Source: Raillietiella orientalis (Eukaryota). Taken from it: a stretch of 64,000 nucleotides of DNA. A program made the position numbers and the translations under genes. The notes beneath the pieces are model-generated. The model saw nothing but the letters and a program-made list of their open reading frames with translations, did no database searches and was not told where the DNA came from. Position 1 is the first letter of the stretch; the number at the start of each line of letters is the position of its first letter. Where the stretch lies: the NCBI GenBank assembly GCA_036172245.1, contig JAYWIR010000018.1, positions 2,356,001 to 2,420,000 of the forward strand, in the 5' to 3' direction. This document shows positions 1 to 12,000 of the stretch, piece by piece.

Positions 1-2924
1 CTCCATGGTGCTCCAGGACAGATGCCTGGAAATCCGCCTTCGTCTCTCGAACCGGCGCTTCCTTGGCAACGGTTCCGACCGCATCGCTTTCCCCGAGACC
101 CAGGTCTTTCCAGCCCATGAGGATCTGGAAACCCAGCGAGACGCGCGCGCTAATCGTGGCGGAGGAGTCTCATCCTCCTGGCAAGTAGATCCTGTATCTT
201 CGCGCTCCGAGAGGACGGTGGGATCCCCCCGACGAGGCCTCCCACAGGAAGAGGGCGAAGAAGAGGGAGGGAGGCAAGATGGAACGAGAAAGCCGTTCCC
301 AAGCCCCAGTCCAAAGAGGAGAAAGGCAGCCTAAAAGGCACCGGATCCCGGGGATCGCGAACTGCTACGAACCCCCTACCCAGGAGCAGCACTAACGTGC
401 TATGGAGAGCCCCGTTCCCAAGTAACGCGATGCTATTGACTTTGTCCTTGTTTCCCCCTTATGGAAAAAGAATCCGCGAGTGCCCCACCCAAGTCTGCCT
501 AGGTGTCTCGTGGGTGGGCTCGGAAACTACCCTGCCTCGGGCAAGGGGAGTTCGCGAGGACTCGCGAAGCAGCTTCTATGGCCAGTGGTGGGACAGAGGT
601 TTCATGAGGGTCGACACTCATCTGGGGAACTGATGAGGATGGAGAAGGAAGAGAGAGTGTGCTGTCCGGCCACCCTTCGAGGATGGGGAGGAAGGAAAGA
701 AAGCGCACACCTTGGAAAACACTCCGAGGAGAGGAGGAAGGGGAGGAGTAGAAGCTGAACTGCTGGGAATTGGGGATCGGCGGCGGCCCACGAAATAGGG
801 AGTGGAACATGCCTGTTCGAGGGAAGGGAGGGGCACAACAGGAGTGTCTGAAAAGAACCAAAAAATCCTCGGTTCGGGACCTGGAAGAGGAAGCATTTCC
901 ATGTGATTGACTCCGCTTTCTGATGGACAGATGAGCGCCAGGTCACGCGCCTCACCCTTGGGCACCCGAGATCAGCGGAGGAAAGGAGAGACGAGAAAGG
1001 AGACTCCCATGGGACTCTTGGCATCGAACCAGGGTGCTAGGACGGCGCGTTCAGAGCGGAAGACGCATCTAGGAAGGAGCACGGCATCCCTCGCCAAGAG
1101 GAACCGACGGGGACTGTCCACCCTTCCTCCCCTAAAGCGGTTTCTCTGGCCCTGGGAGTGAGAACTCTCCGCGTGGATGCTGGATCTCCTCCTCTCTACT
1201 TCCTTATCCTCACGTGAATTGCTAGAGGATTCTTCTGGAAGGCGAAAGGGGGGATAGGAAGGAGACAGTGGCGCTCAGAACCCCTACCGGTGAGTTCCAG
1301 GCGTCTCCTTGACTCCATGACCGATACCGGCACTCACCCGGGACGATTAACATCCTCTTGAGGTCTTCGAAGCGAGCAAAAGATTCTCCTCGATTTTTTT
1401 TTTTTTCGTCTCTTTCTTGACCTCGTAGGAGGTCAGGCAAGACACTTCTGAGGTCATGTCGTAATCCGCCTCCAGTGGTTGTTCCGCCCTAGGCGAAGCC
1501 TCCTTGCGAGAAGAACGAACGGTCTCCGGGCATTTGCAGTGTCCGCCGATGCTGCAAGAAGTGAAGAAAGGGTGGGCGAGGAGACTGAGGGGTAGTGTCC
1601 ATTCTCTGCTCCAGAGAGCGCTAACCTCCCTCTTCTTCCGTCTCTGCCGGTCCCAACACTCCTGAGAACTCTTCATCCTTCCTCCGGGTGCCCTCTTTCC
1701 TCTAAGAGGATGCGCCACTTTCACCTTTCCACCCTTTGTCTTTCCCTCCGTTCTGGTTAGAGTAACCACCGACCAAGGTGCCACAAGCCGAGCTCGCCAT
1801 CCCCTCACCGAGGAGGCTGCTGTGCAGATGGTGCTCCCGCAAAAAGCTTTTCGCGTGTTGGGGGGATAGCATTGCGCGGAGGTTGCCGTCTTCCTTGCAC
1901 GATGGCAGCACCAGCGAAGGGGACGAATCCTCCGCCGGAGTCGGTATAGGGCCTTTCCCGCGGGGACCCTTCAACACTCGGCGTGACGCAGGAGTTCGGC
2001 TCGCAAGAGGGGAGGGAGAAACCCTTGCCACTGGAAGGGACGGCAAGGAGGAGGCAGTTCTTCTCCGGGACAGCTCCATCGCTCATAGACCAGAGCCGTT
2101 CTGTCGGATAGTCTTCTGGTGCATAGCTAGGAAGTCTCCGAGCTCTTCTTCGCCCACCGCTCTCTGAGGTCCTAAGCACTCCTCGGAGTCGCGAGGGAGT
2201 TCCGTACGAAAGCAGATAACCGGGAGCATGCGATGGGGTTCCCAGGGAGAACCCAGGGCGCTGAGGCTCAGGAGAGACAGATGAGACGCTGCCGTTAAGT
2301 CCGTTTTCCATCCGAGGTCCAGCCATCCTCGGGAGGATGTGTCCAGCTCTTCGTCGCGCGTGCTCGGCAGCACGGGAATTCTCACCTCCGAGGTTGGCGA
2401 CTCGACTAGGAAACGCGGAGGAAAGGGAAGAAGGAATCTCCTTTTCCCCTTCCTCTCCACAGGCAGATGCGATGATATGCAACAAGTGGAAAGCAGATGG
2501 AATCGCTACCAGAAATGACCAGCTGACTGACTTCCCTTTCCTCCGGCGCCCTCTCTGCGGAGGAACCTTTCCTGAATCCCTTGTCCATCTGGAAATCCTT
2601 CCACCATCCCTTCCCATCCCAGAGCAGCACTCCGCTCTGGCACCACCGCTGGGGACGGTTACCGATTCGTCCACGCGTCACTCGCTCTCTCATGGAAAAC
2701 ATCGCACGAGAAAGGATGGGGAGGAAGAATCCCGGAAAGAGGATTGAAGAGGACTCGCAGAGGTCACGGCCAGCGGGAGCTAGATCCTCGCATTCGGAAA
2801 AGAGTGGGGGTCTTTGGGAAGGGAGAAGACGTCATCCCCTCCCTCCTTCTCCTCCATCTGAGCTCGCGGAAACCCCTGTGGGGGTGAGGGGGAATGCTTC
2901 AATGGACTCCTGTCGTTGCCACAG

Positions 2925-3004
2925 GGACGCCGCCGGAGACGAGGACCATGGTGAGCGTGCAATGCCTCATCCGCCACATCGGCGCCATCGACTCTAAGTA
3001 CATG
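2925..3004 (+). CDS. Gene A exon (beta1): GTPPETRTMVSVQCLIRHIGAIDSKYM
   Basis: cag|GG acceptor, ATG|gtaagt donor; 80 nt, same length as paralog exon 44130-44209. Confidence 0.9.
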
Positions 3005-6000
3005 GTAAGTCCCGGGGGTACGTCGGAAGGGAAAGGACTGAAATGGCAGCTGGAAGTGTCGATTCCCTTTGTGACGAGCGAAACTGACCTTGACGTCCGT
3101 CTCACGACTCATCCTCGAGTCCACTTCCCATCCCCCCTCTTCCTCCTTCAGCGGAGCGCTCGTTCACGACGGAGAGGCAGAGCAGGCGCGGAGAATTCCC
3201 CAAGAAGACGACCACGCCGCGGGGGAGCACGGAAGAGCTTTGCTTGCATCCTCTCATCAGAGAAGCTCTCCCCTCCATCCTCTCCTCGACAACATCAGAG
3301 ACTGCATCAGCATCCCGCTCAACGCTGCCCTCTCATCCCTCCCTTTGGTTGCCCTCCTTGGTGCCGTCTCCAGAGCGCACCAGTGAGATGAATCGGTCCA
3401 GACCCTCGCTATCCTCAGTCACGGTTGGACTCCCCTTGCAGACAATCGGACGCCATGTCATTTTTCTCCTCTGACTTCTCTTCCATGTTTCACGGGATGG
3501 TGAGAGGGAAAGAGAAGAGAAGGATTGCCGAAGATCGAAACGTCCTTGAGGTCACACCGGAGGTCCTGATCAAACACCCTCAGGATGAGGAGCCATCGGG
3601 TTCCGGAAAAGGCGGAAGAGTGCTCCCGAGAGAACTTCGAAGCTGAGATGGGAGAGGAAAGGGGCGAAAATTCAGGGGTGAGCGGAGGAGTGCCCTCTAC
3701 AAAAGTCTTTGGGAATGAATGCCTTCGGCTGCTTCCTGTCATCAGTCTTTGTGCACTAGTGAAGGGATAGGAGCAGGGGTCGGCTCCGATGGGTTGACCG
3801 TATCGGTTTCATCTTGCATCTTGGCAACCACACGGGAGGCAGGTAGGCGGGTCACAGAAGAGGAAGGCGATCTTCCTTCTGCGAGAGGACGGATCGAAGG
3901 AACGAGTAGGGAAAGGTGCAGGAAGCTGTAGGGTGTTAGGGCGTGCGAGCATGAGGAGGCTCTCAGCTGTCTATGCCATCCCTCACTGAGGAAAATGGGG
4001 GCAGGAAGGGATGGAAGATGTCTTCGGAAGGAGGGGGTCTCCACGGCGGAGGCAATGACGTCGCTTTACCGCGGATCGAAGGAAGACGTAGGGGCCGCGC
4101 TGTCTGCAGGCGCTTCTCTTAGCTGCCACAGCGAATGAATTTGGCCCCTCTTAGAGGGAGACTCCCCTTCAGGGCTGGACCTGTTCCCCTCTCCACGTCC
4201 ACTTCTTCCAGAGCCTCACGATGCAGTGGAACCTGAGGCTGTTCTGGGTGGAGCCGCGCTTTCTGAAGACCAACAGGACCAAGGAAATTGTAGGTAGGTC
4301 TCGAGAAGAAAGTTCTGGTCCCCCAGGACTGCCGGGACATGGCCAGCCAGAGCAATCCTCTGACCCCAAACTCGCTCTAAGCTGTCCGCACGGGGGAGGG
4401 AGGGCAGCAAGGGGTGGATGCTTCCTCCGATGCTCCCTTTGTTCCTCCCTCCTCTCCCCAACGCTGGCATCCTTCTCCCATTTTTGTATCACGCGGAGAA
4501 GGAGAAAGTGGGCAGGTGGTTCACCCATCTTCCCTTCTGCACACCCTCACCCTGACCTCTATCTCGAGAACCTCGGGACGAAGGTACATAGGTGTCTGGG
4601 GAGTTCTTGAGTGCTGGGAAGGAGGACGTCGGATCAGGCCGGAGCAGCAATACCCCAGAAGGGAACGTCAGGGAGCGAGCGAGTTCCGCAGGTCTTCAGA
4701 GATCGGGAGATCTGAAATTGAGAAGGAGCATCATTTCCCATTCTTCCTTTCATCGTTCCTCCTGCCTCCTCCTCCACATTGACTGCCGTCCCTCACCCTT
4801 CCCTTCTCTTTCCGGCCCCTCCCACCCCACCTCGCCGGCGGCGACCCCTGCGCGCGGGGCTACGCAACTGAAGAGCGCCCGGCTGCTAAGGGCAAAGGAG
4901 AGGGGAGAGGAAGTCTTGGATCGGGTTCCGGGCTCCCTCGCATCTTCCTTCCTTCCCCTTCCGGAGAGCTCATCAGTGCGATCCGGGCTCGGAAAGCTTC
5001 CTCGATGGAGCGCAGCTTCCAACCCGGAAAAAGGCGGGAGAGAGGGGGAGCAGGTGTGACCGAAGGTTCCTTCTTGCAGGAGAGGCCCCCGCGGTGAACC
5101 TCATCTGGACCCCCATTGTGTACCTCATCAACGAGCGGCACTCTGAGATCATGACTGTAACGGACAAGAACGTTTACGTGGTGGTCCAGCCGGACAATTC
5201 GGTCTTCCTGGGTTTCAGGTGAGGGACGCCTCTGGTCGGTGCCAGCCCTCTTTTCCTCCTCCTCCTCATTCTTCTTTCCTCCTCCTCCTCCTCCTCTTCC
5301 TCCTCATCCTCCCATCCTTCTTTTTCTCGTCGTCGTCGTCGTCCCCGTCGCCACCTCGGCGTTACTGAGCCATCCTTCTGGCGAGCAGCGGGCATGCTGT
5401 ATTTTGAGCAGCAAGCACACGACAGAAAACCCTCGGGGAAGCGAGGCAGAGGTTCCCCTTTCGACTCCCCCCTCGATGAAGATTCCCATCTAGAGCCATA
5501 CTTCCGTGCGCTCGCCCTCAGGAGTTGCCCCTGCGAGGCGGGGTAAACACCGAAGACTTTCGGCGAGAGGGCATCCTCGGAGGCTGGGCGTCCGGCTAAT
5601 CCGAGGGAGGTCCAGCAGCGGCGAATTGTTTCCGAGAGCATCGAGGAGTTCTTCCGGCTCTGCCGGCCGGAAAGGCCTCTCCATAGCGGCTCGATGACTC
5701 AGTGGGTGTGTCAAGAGGACGATGGAGATGACGGATGATTTCTTTCCCTGAAACTCCCCCTCGACTTCTCATCGACGGCGGCCCAGATGGCCTCTTGGTC
5801 AATGCAAGAGAGAGAGCGGACGGAGAGATCAGTCGAAGCATCTTTTCGAGCACAGCTCAGGAGAGTCTTCCAATCATCCAAACGGTTCTCCTGCTATCCG
5901 CCACTCATCCAGGGAGGCACCACGCAGTTCCACTCGTGCGGAGAATCAGATCTCGAAAGAAAGAGGGGAATGGGGGAAGCATCCCCGAGCCACCGCCAGC

Positions 6001-9000
6001 TCCCCGTCCTCCCCGAGGACAACCGTCCCTCTCGCGAGATTAAAAAGCCCCAGAGAGGAAGACCCAGTTCCCCTCCTCAACCCCTGATAGAGTGGGAACT
6101 CGTGCACTCGCTTCTTTTCTGAGGTTTCACGTCTTTCCGGGATGGCAGCATCTGAGCGTGCAAAGAGAGGAAGAAGGAAGGGATCGATGGGAACCGCGCT
6201 GTCAGCAAATCGCCGCCGCCGCCGCCCGCCTCCGGCTCTGCCGCATGCGCGTGGTCCGGTGGCTGCGGTCCTTCCCGCCAACTGGGGAGTATAGCAGGGT
6301 TCGCACGTTCTTCCACCCTGGAAGGCCAGCGTGATTCTCGTCCCGCAAGCAACCCGGACGAGGACACGCTGGAGCCTGGAGTGAGGAGTGCCACTGGGGT
6401 CACGAGGCCCCCGCCCGGAAGGAACAGCGAGCGACTCCATCGCCCGTCGGCTCCGCCACTCCACCCTCACCCTTCCCCATGAGACCACTTGGCAGGGAAC
6501 CGCTGCGTGCAGTCCCGTGGTGTGCGATCCAGACGCGATGCTGGGATACTGGAAAGGAAGTTAGTGGACTAGGCTCGAGAGACAGCTGATGGCACGAAGA
6601 GGAGCTTCCGGTGTTGGAACGAGCGCAGACGTGTGCCTGCGGCTACGCGGACTCCAGGGGGGACACGATGGATGGGGTGACTCCGCGCAGCCCGAGCGTA
6701 AGCGGTCCCGCCTGCAGTGACAGCCTCTTCTCTCCGGGGAACGGAGCAGGAATCGACGAGAGCAGGATTTGTCTTCAGAGACTCTGAAAGCAAGGCAACC
6801 CAGATCGCAGATCGCTGCCCCGAACGCCACCTGCCAAAACCTCGGCCATAGCGAGGGATTTTCGTAGCCTCAGGAAGAAAGCTCAAAGACGAGATCGCGT
6901 GGAGGATGGAGGCAGCCGGGAGCAGAGAAAGGCCACGGCGCAGGCGCGGCAGTGTGATGAGCCGAGCACCACACGTGAAGAAGCACCAGTGAGACTGTCC
7001 GCAGCGAAAGGAAGGATTTCCGTGACCTCTAGGGCAAGGAGATTGATGGTTTCTTTGTTCAACCTCAGCGGCGAGAGTTCCCATGGGGCAGTCGCCAGAG
7101 TGTAGGTGACCCTGGCAGGAAGGCATGGATTGCCCATCGTGCAACTGCATTGGTTCCCGCAGTCCCTTCTGTCTCTCTGCCTTCTTCGAGTCGCGGCTGG
7201 CAAGAACCCGCCGATCGCCGGGCGCCTGCTTTGCTTCCCCCAACCACCCACCGTTCGTTCTCAGCATGTCGTTTTCTGTTGGGAGCATGACCCCTGACCC
7301 ATCCTCTCTTGCCTCCCTTTACGTGAGGATGGGCTTCATCCAGGTCCCCTGGGCCAAGATCTGGATTGGCGAAGGTGCTGCACTTGGCAGCTCTCCTCCT
7401 CCTCCGCCCCCCTCTACTCCAGCAAACGCCGGGGGCCGTCCGTGAGCTCGCCGGGTTTACCGGCTCCCTCAATACGTGGTGCAGAAGAGCCTGTGGTTTC
7501 CTCTGGCCGACTCCGCAAGCGAAATCCTGAGCAAAGATCCGCTTTCCGGCCAGCAGTGTGCTTCCCAGCAGCAGGGAGTCGTGGAGATCTGCTGCCGTTA
7601 AGAGCAGGCCCGTGTCTTTCACCAGATCTTCTTCAAGAATCCGACGCTCCGGTGCACCTTGGAAAGGGTCTCCAAACACGAAGAATTCCGAGTGGCCAAA
7701 CTCTTGCAGAGCGCTGCTCCCGATATGATGGCTTGGTCCGAATTTCGGATGGAAATCGCAAGAAGGACTGGACTGCATGTCGAAGAGCCTCACCATCTGC
7801 GTTGCCGTGGTTCTCATTCTTTCCTCTCGATTGCGATTCTTTTTTTGATCTGCTGCTTCTCTTTTCACTTTTTTCAGAAATCCATCCAGAGTTCTCCGTG
7901 TCTTCTTTCGTTTGAATCCCCAAGTCTTCTAAGAGAGCCTCTAGAGGAAAGTCCACCAGCACTGAAAAGAAACCATGTTCACTTTCAGTCTTCAGGCATT
8001 GCGAGAAACAGCACTTATGGAGTCATTCTTCTGGTGCTTCTGGGTTCAGCAGCCACGTTTTTGAAACAGCTGCCTCTGCCAGAGCAGCAGCCATGAAGGA
8101 TGGCTGAAATCGCCGGAAAGACCCCGCGGAAGTCCGCCTGCTCCCTTTCCGCGTGTATGCCTTGGCGACGACTCTTCGGGCCTCCTCTATGCCTCACTCC
8201 CCGCCGGGGCAAGCGTGCCCACAGTCTGCCAACTGCCGAAACCGTTTGGAGACCCTAATCATAGCAAAGGAGCCCGCGACCCCCGTTGAGAGGGCTGGGG
8301 TTCCCGCGCAGTCTTCGGTTGCCACAAAGAAAGGCCAAGAACCGTTTTTCGTTGAAGGCACTTTCGAGTGAAGTCTCAAGCAGGGAGGATTTGGTCCATT
8401 TCGCGATGAGGAGGTTCTGAGAGCGTTCCGGAGCTGGAGTGCTTTTGCCTGAGGGTCGTGTGGAGACGGTTTTCAGCCGTGAGAGCGGAACTGCGCGCGG
8501 AACACTGTCCGATCGCCCGCGGAACACTAAAAGGGAATGAAAGCAAAAAGAGCCTCCGGAACAATTTTTTATTGTTCCTTACCTCACCTCAAGAGTCTCA
8601 GTCCTAACTGTGATAACAGAAGTTGCATCCGTGATGCGGAACTGTAGGCTGGAGATTGATATAGCCTTTCGGAGTTGGATCCTCTCGTCACGCGATTTTT
8701 TTGTCACGACAACGTTGCGCATCGATTCACTGCAGATCGCCTCAACCGTGGTATCACTGAATCTTCCCCCCTCCCCCTTTCTCCTCCCCTTTCCTGTAGA
8801 CTGACGAAATTCCCGTTCTGCTTTCCCTAGGATGACATCGATTTTGACGTGCCAGTTTAACTTGGCTAATTTCCCGTTGGATACCCAGATCTGCAGCCTG
8901 CAGCTGGAATGCTGTGAGTAGTGACTGGTGTTTTCGAGAAACTTATTCCCCTGAAGGGAATTTCGATACCGAAAGTCTGATACTCTCCTGGAATGAGGAG

Positions 9001-12000
9001 ACGAATGTCAGCGCCGTGGACGTCAGGGAAAAGATGCACTTGGTGGACTACCTGCTGGAAGATATCAAGTGGACTAATGGCTCATCATACAGAGCTTCCT
9101 TGGGGAATTTCAGGTGAATCTGAAGTAGCATTCTTTTACTGATGATTGGGGAAGGGAAGTCATTATGCAACAAGCACATGGCCACTTGACGAGACTTGAA
9201 ATTCCGATTCTTAGAACAGGGAAGGAAATTCGCTCACCGATTCCTCATTCATTATAATGATGCATTTCTCTCGCTTCCTTCATCTCTCGTTTTTTTTTTT
9301 TTTTTTCCTGTTTTTCACGGTTGCTTCCAGGAGGGGGGATTTTTTCACGAATCCTTTCCTTGTGAGTTCTCTTGCCCACACGAGTCAACCTTACTACCAC
9401 CATGAATGAGATGAACAGTAGGAAGAGTTCATAGATTTTCGAAGAGGGGTGCGTCCGATCCAAATGGATGCATCCAGCTTCCAGAGGCTCTATTTCTTCT
9501 AAAGTAGCCAATCGTGTTAGTTCTTTTTGCTCAGTATTTCATTTTCCAGATATGAAGGCGGCCAATAAAAGGTCGGCTGTGCAGCCGAGCTTAAAAGAAA
9601 ATTTCTCTTCCCTGAACTTTTTCTATGGGGTATCTTTCCCCTCTGTTCCCTTTCACTTTGCACGGGAGCAGTCCCTTACGAGAATCGAGTAAGGCATCGG
9701 CACGGATGACATCATAAATTTACAATCAGGAATCGGGAGCTGGTGTTCAGGGCGTTTCCGGATGTGATATTTTACAAGCCCCATAAATGGGCAGCTAAAG
9801 GCTCGATCTAGTCGTTTTCTTGCTTTTGGGGATGCGTGCGCCCGATGGTTCGCCTTTATTTCTGAATTTTTCCTACTCTAACCGCCTAGGCTTCTTCCTG
9901 GCAACGCAGATGAGGTCCTCCGAGCTTTTCGAACTTGAGCTTGCCTGCTCACTTTAAAGGTTTGCTGTCCGGAGAAGCATTTCGTTTTGCTTTGTTTTTC
10001 GCGTGCATGCTCCGAACGCTTGCAAAAATAAAAGGGAGTTTTGGGTAGCTCCCCAGCCGCTTTAGCAACTCGGACTAGGTGTGGCTGATGGGACGAGGTG
10101 ACTTCGGTTAACACACGGTTGCGCCGGGGCGTTTGTTGACAAAAAATAAACATACAAGTGAGTGGCTGGACGCTTGGTCCTGCCGCGTTACATACATAGA
10201 CGAAGTGGAACCTTCCGAGAACGGCGTGCAGGCCGGTGAGGTTCGCCTCGGCAGCAGAGGGGAAGGGGGGACAAAAGTAAAACGAAAAAATACAGACGGA
10301 AAAAAGGGGGAGGGTTCGGGAAGGGATCACCGGGTGCTGAAGGGGGTCCTCTACATCCTTGTAAGGATGCCGACAAGTTCCTGTTTGTCAATCCCCAGAT
10401 GAGGCCATCTTGACGTTATCCTCATGAAGAGGACAGCAAAATAGATGACGTCACTGTCGTCCCGGCCACCCCTTGCGTTGTTGCTCCACACAGCCACGAT
10501 CCCGCGTAGGTAGCAAAGTGCTGCTAGGGATGCAGCCGGCGTGAGGGCGTCGCGCAAGAAGAGGCGCTTCGAGACGTCTCTGGGATTGCCCTCGGGGGTC
10601 CTCAGGAACGCAGTAAAGCGTTCCCACATGGTACGGAGAGCGACACAATCCATGAGCAGATGTGGGAGGGACTCTGTTTCCTCTCACCTGCTGCAGTTGT
10701 GGCTTACACTCCCCCGGGTCCAATGGTGTCTGTCGGCGGGCGTTGCACGGGAGGCTCCAATAGAACAGCAGGATCGCCAGCTCCTGCCACTTTAGGGGAG
10801 GATTGCACTGTTCCAGCACGCTGGGGGCCACTTCACCTCCTCCGGAGGGGTTTATAGCACCTCTCCCCAGCGTAGCAGTCTTTTTGGAGAGAAACTCAGG
10901 ATGGCAGTGTTCGTTAGCTCACGAGTTGTCCACGTACTTAAATGCTTTTCGCTGTTATTAATTATACACGTCATCTCCCACTTTGCCAGAAGGTCGCTTC
11001 TCTTGCAGTGACTTTGGGGGTGTACCCAAACCTATGGGTGATCTTAAAGAGTTCCATCAGCGTGCCACTTCGTGTTCCTTAAAATAAATAGCATCAGCTT
11101 TTTAAAATGCCTACTCTTGTCGCCTAATGAACATCATCAAATAAGCTAACTGTTTATTCTTTGTTGCAATAATAAAGCTGATGAAACTGGATGGAAAATC
11201 GAAAGCAAGAGCATGGGAAACGCAAAAGACATGGGTCACTTCTAACAGAGTATCTCCGAAATGAGTTCATTTTATCTAAACGAACCAGAATGGTCTGCTC
11301 TTCAACTGACGAGAAGCAGCAAGTCCAATCCTAAAAATAAATAAGATTACTCTGTTGATTTGACTTGGAGCTGCGTTCTTGCACTGCTCGCATCATCCAC
11401 TTCCAAAAGACATGATGTGCTTTTCCTAATCGTCTCAATAGAAATTTCCATTTTGTTCTTTAGCAGACTAGAGGTTCACTTTAAGCTCAGGAGAAAATTC
11501 TACAGCTACCTTCTGGATACCTACTTTCCATCCCTTCTTCTCGTTGTCGTGAGCTGGGTGTCGTTCTGGCTGGACATCCACGCCATTGAAGCGCGGGTGC
11601 AACTGGGCATCACGACTATTCTCACCACGATTACCAACGTGACGGCATCCAGCATCGACGTCACGAAGGTGAGTAGCACCTCGCTCACTTCATGGGTGCG
11701 CAGAGACTCCCATGGATGAGAAACCCCTTTGAGGGATTTGAACTGCTCTCGGAGCTTCCGAATGGGTGTGATCAAAGCATCTTCTCCCTCACACATGCAG
11801 TCGAGAAAATCCATCGAACCCTGTCCAGGCTGGCATCGAAATGCCACGCGAACAGCCCGAGGGCGCCTTTGCGAAGGTCCTCGTTGGTAATGACCGATGT
11901 CCCGTGTCTTTTGCCTACCGATTCTTTTTCCTGCCGGTAGACCGCAACACGCTCTATTGGTCGCAGAGAAAGAGAGGAGTTTGTTTCTCAGGAGAAAAAA

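Noticed and set aside
1226..1289. Possible upstream exon of gene A (RILLEG...ALRTPT-G|gtgagt)
   Set aside because: The donor phase fits, but there is no Y(D/N)xxxRP motif or similarity to gene B exon 45109-45203; the true upstream exons may lie outside the window.
1805..2674. 289-aa ORF on -
   Set aside because: Low-complexity R/S/G/P-rich composition typical of non-coding GC-rich DNA.
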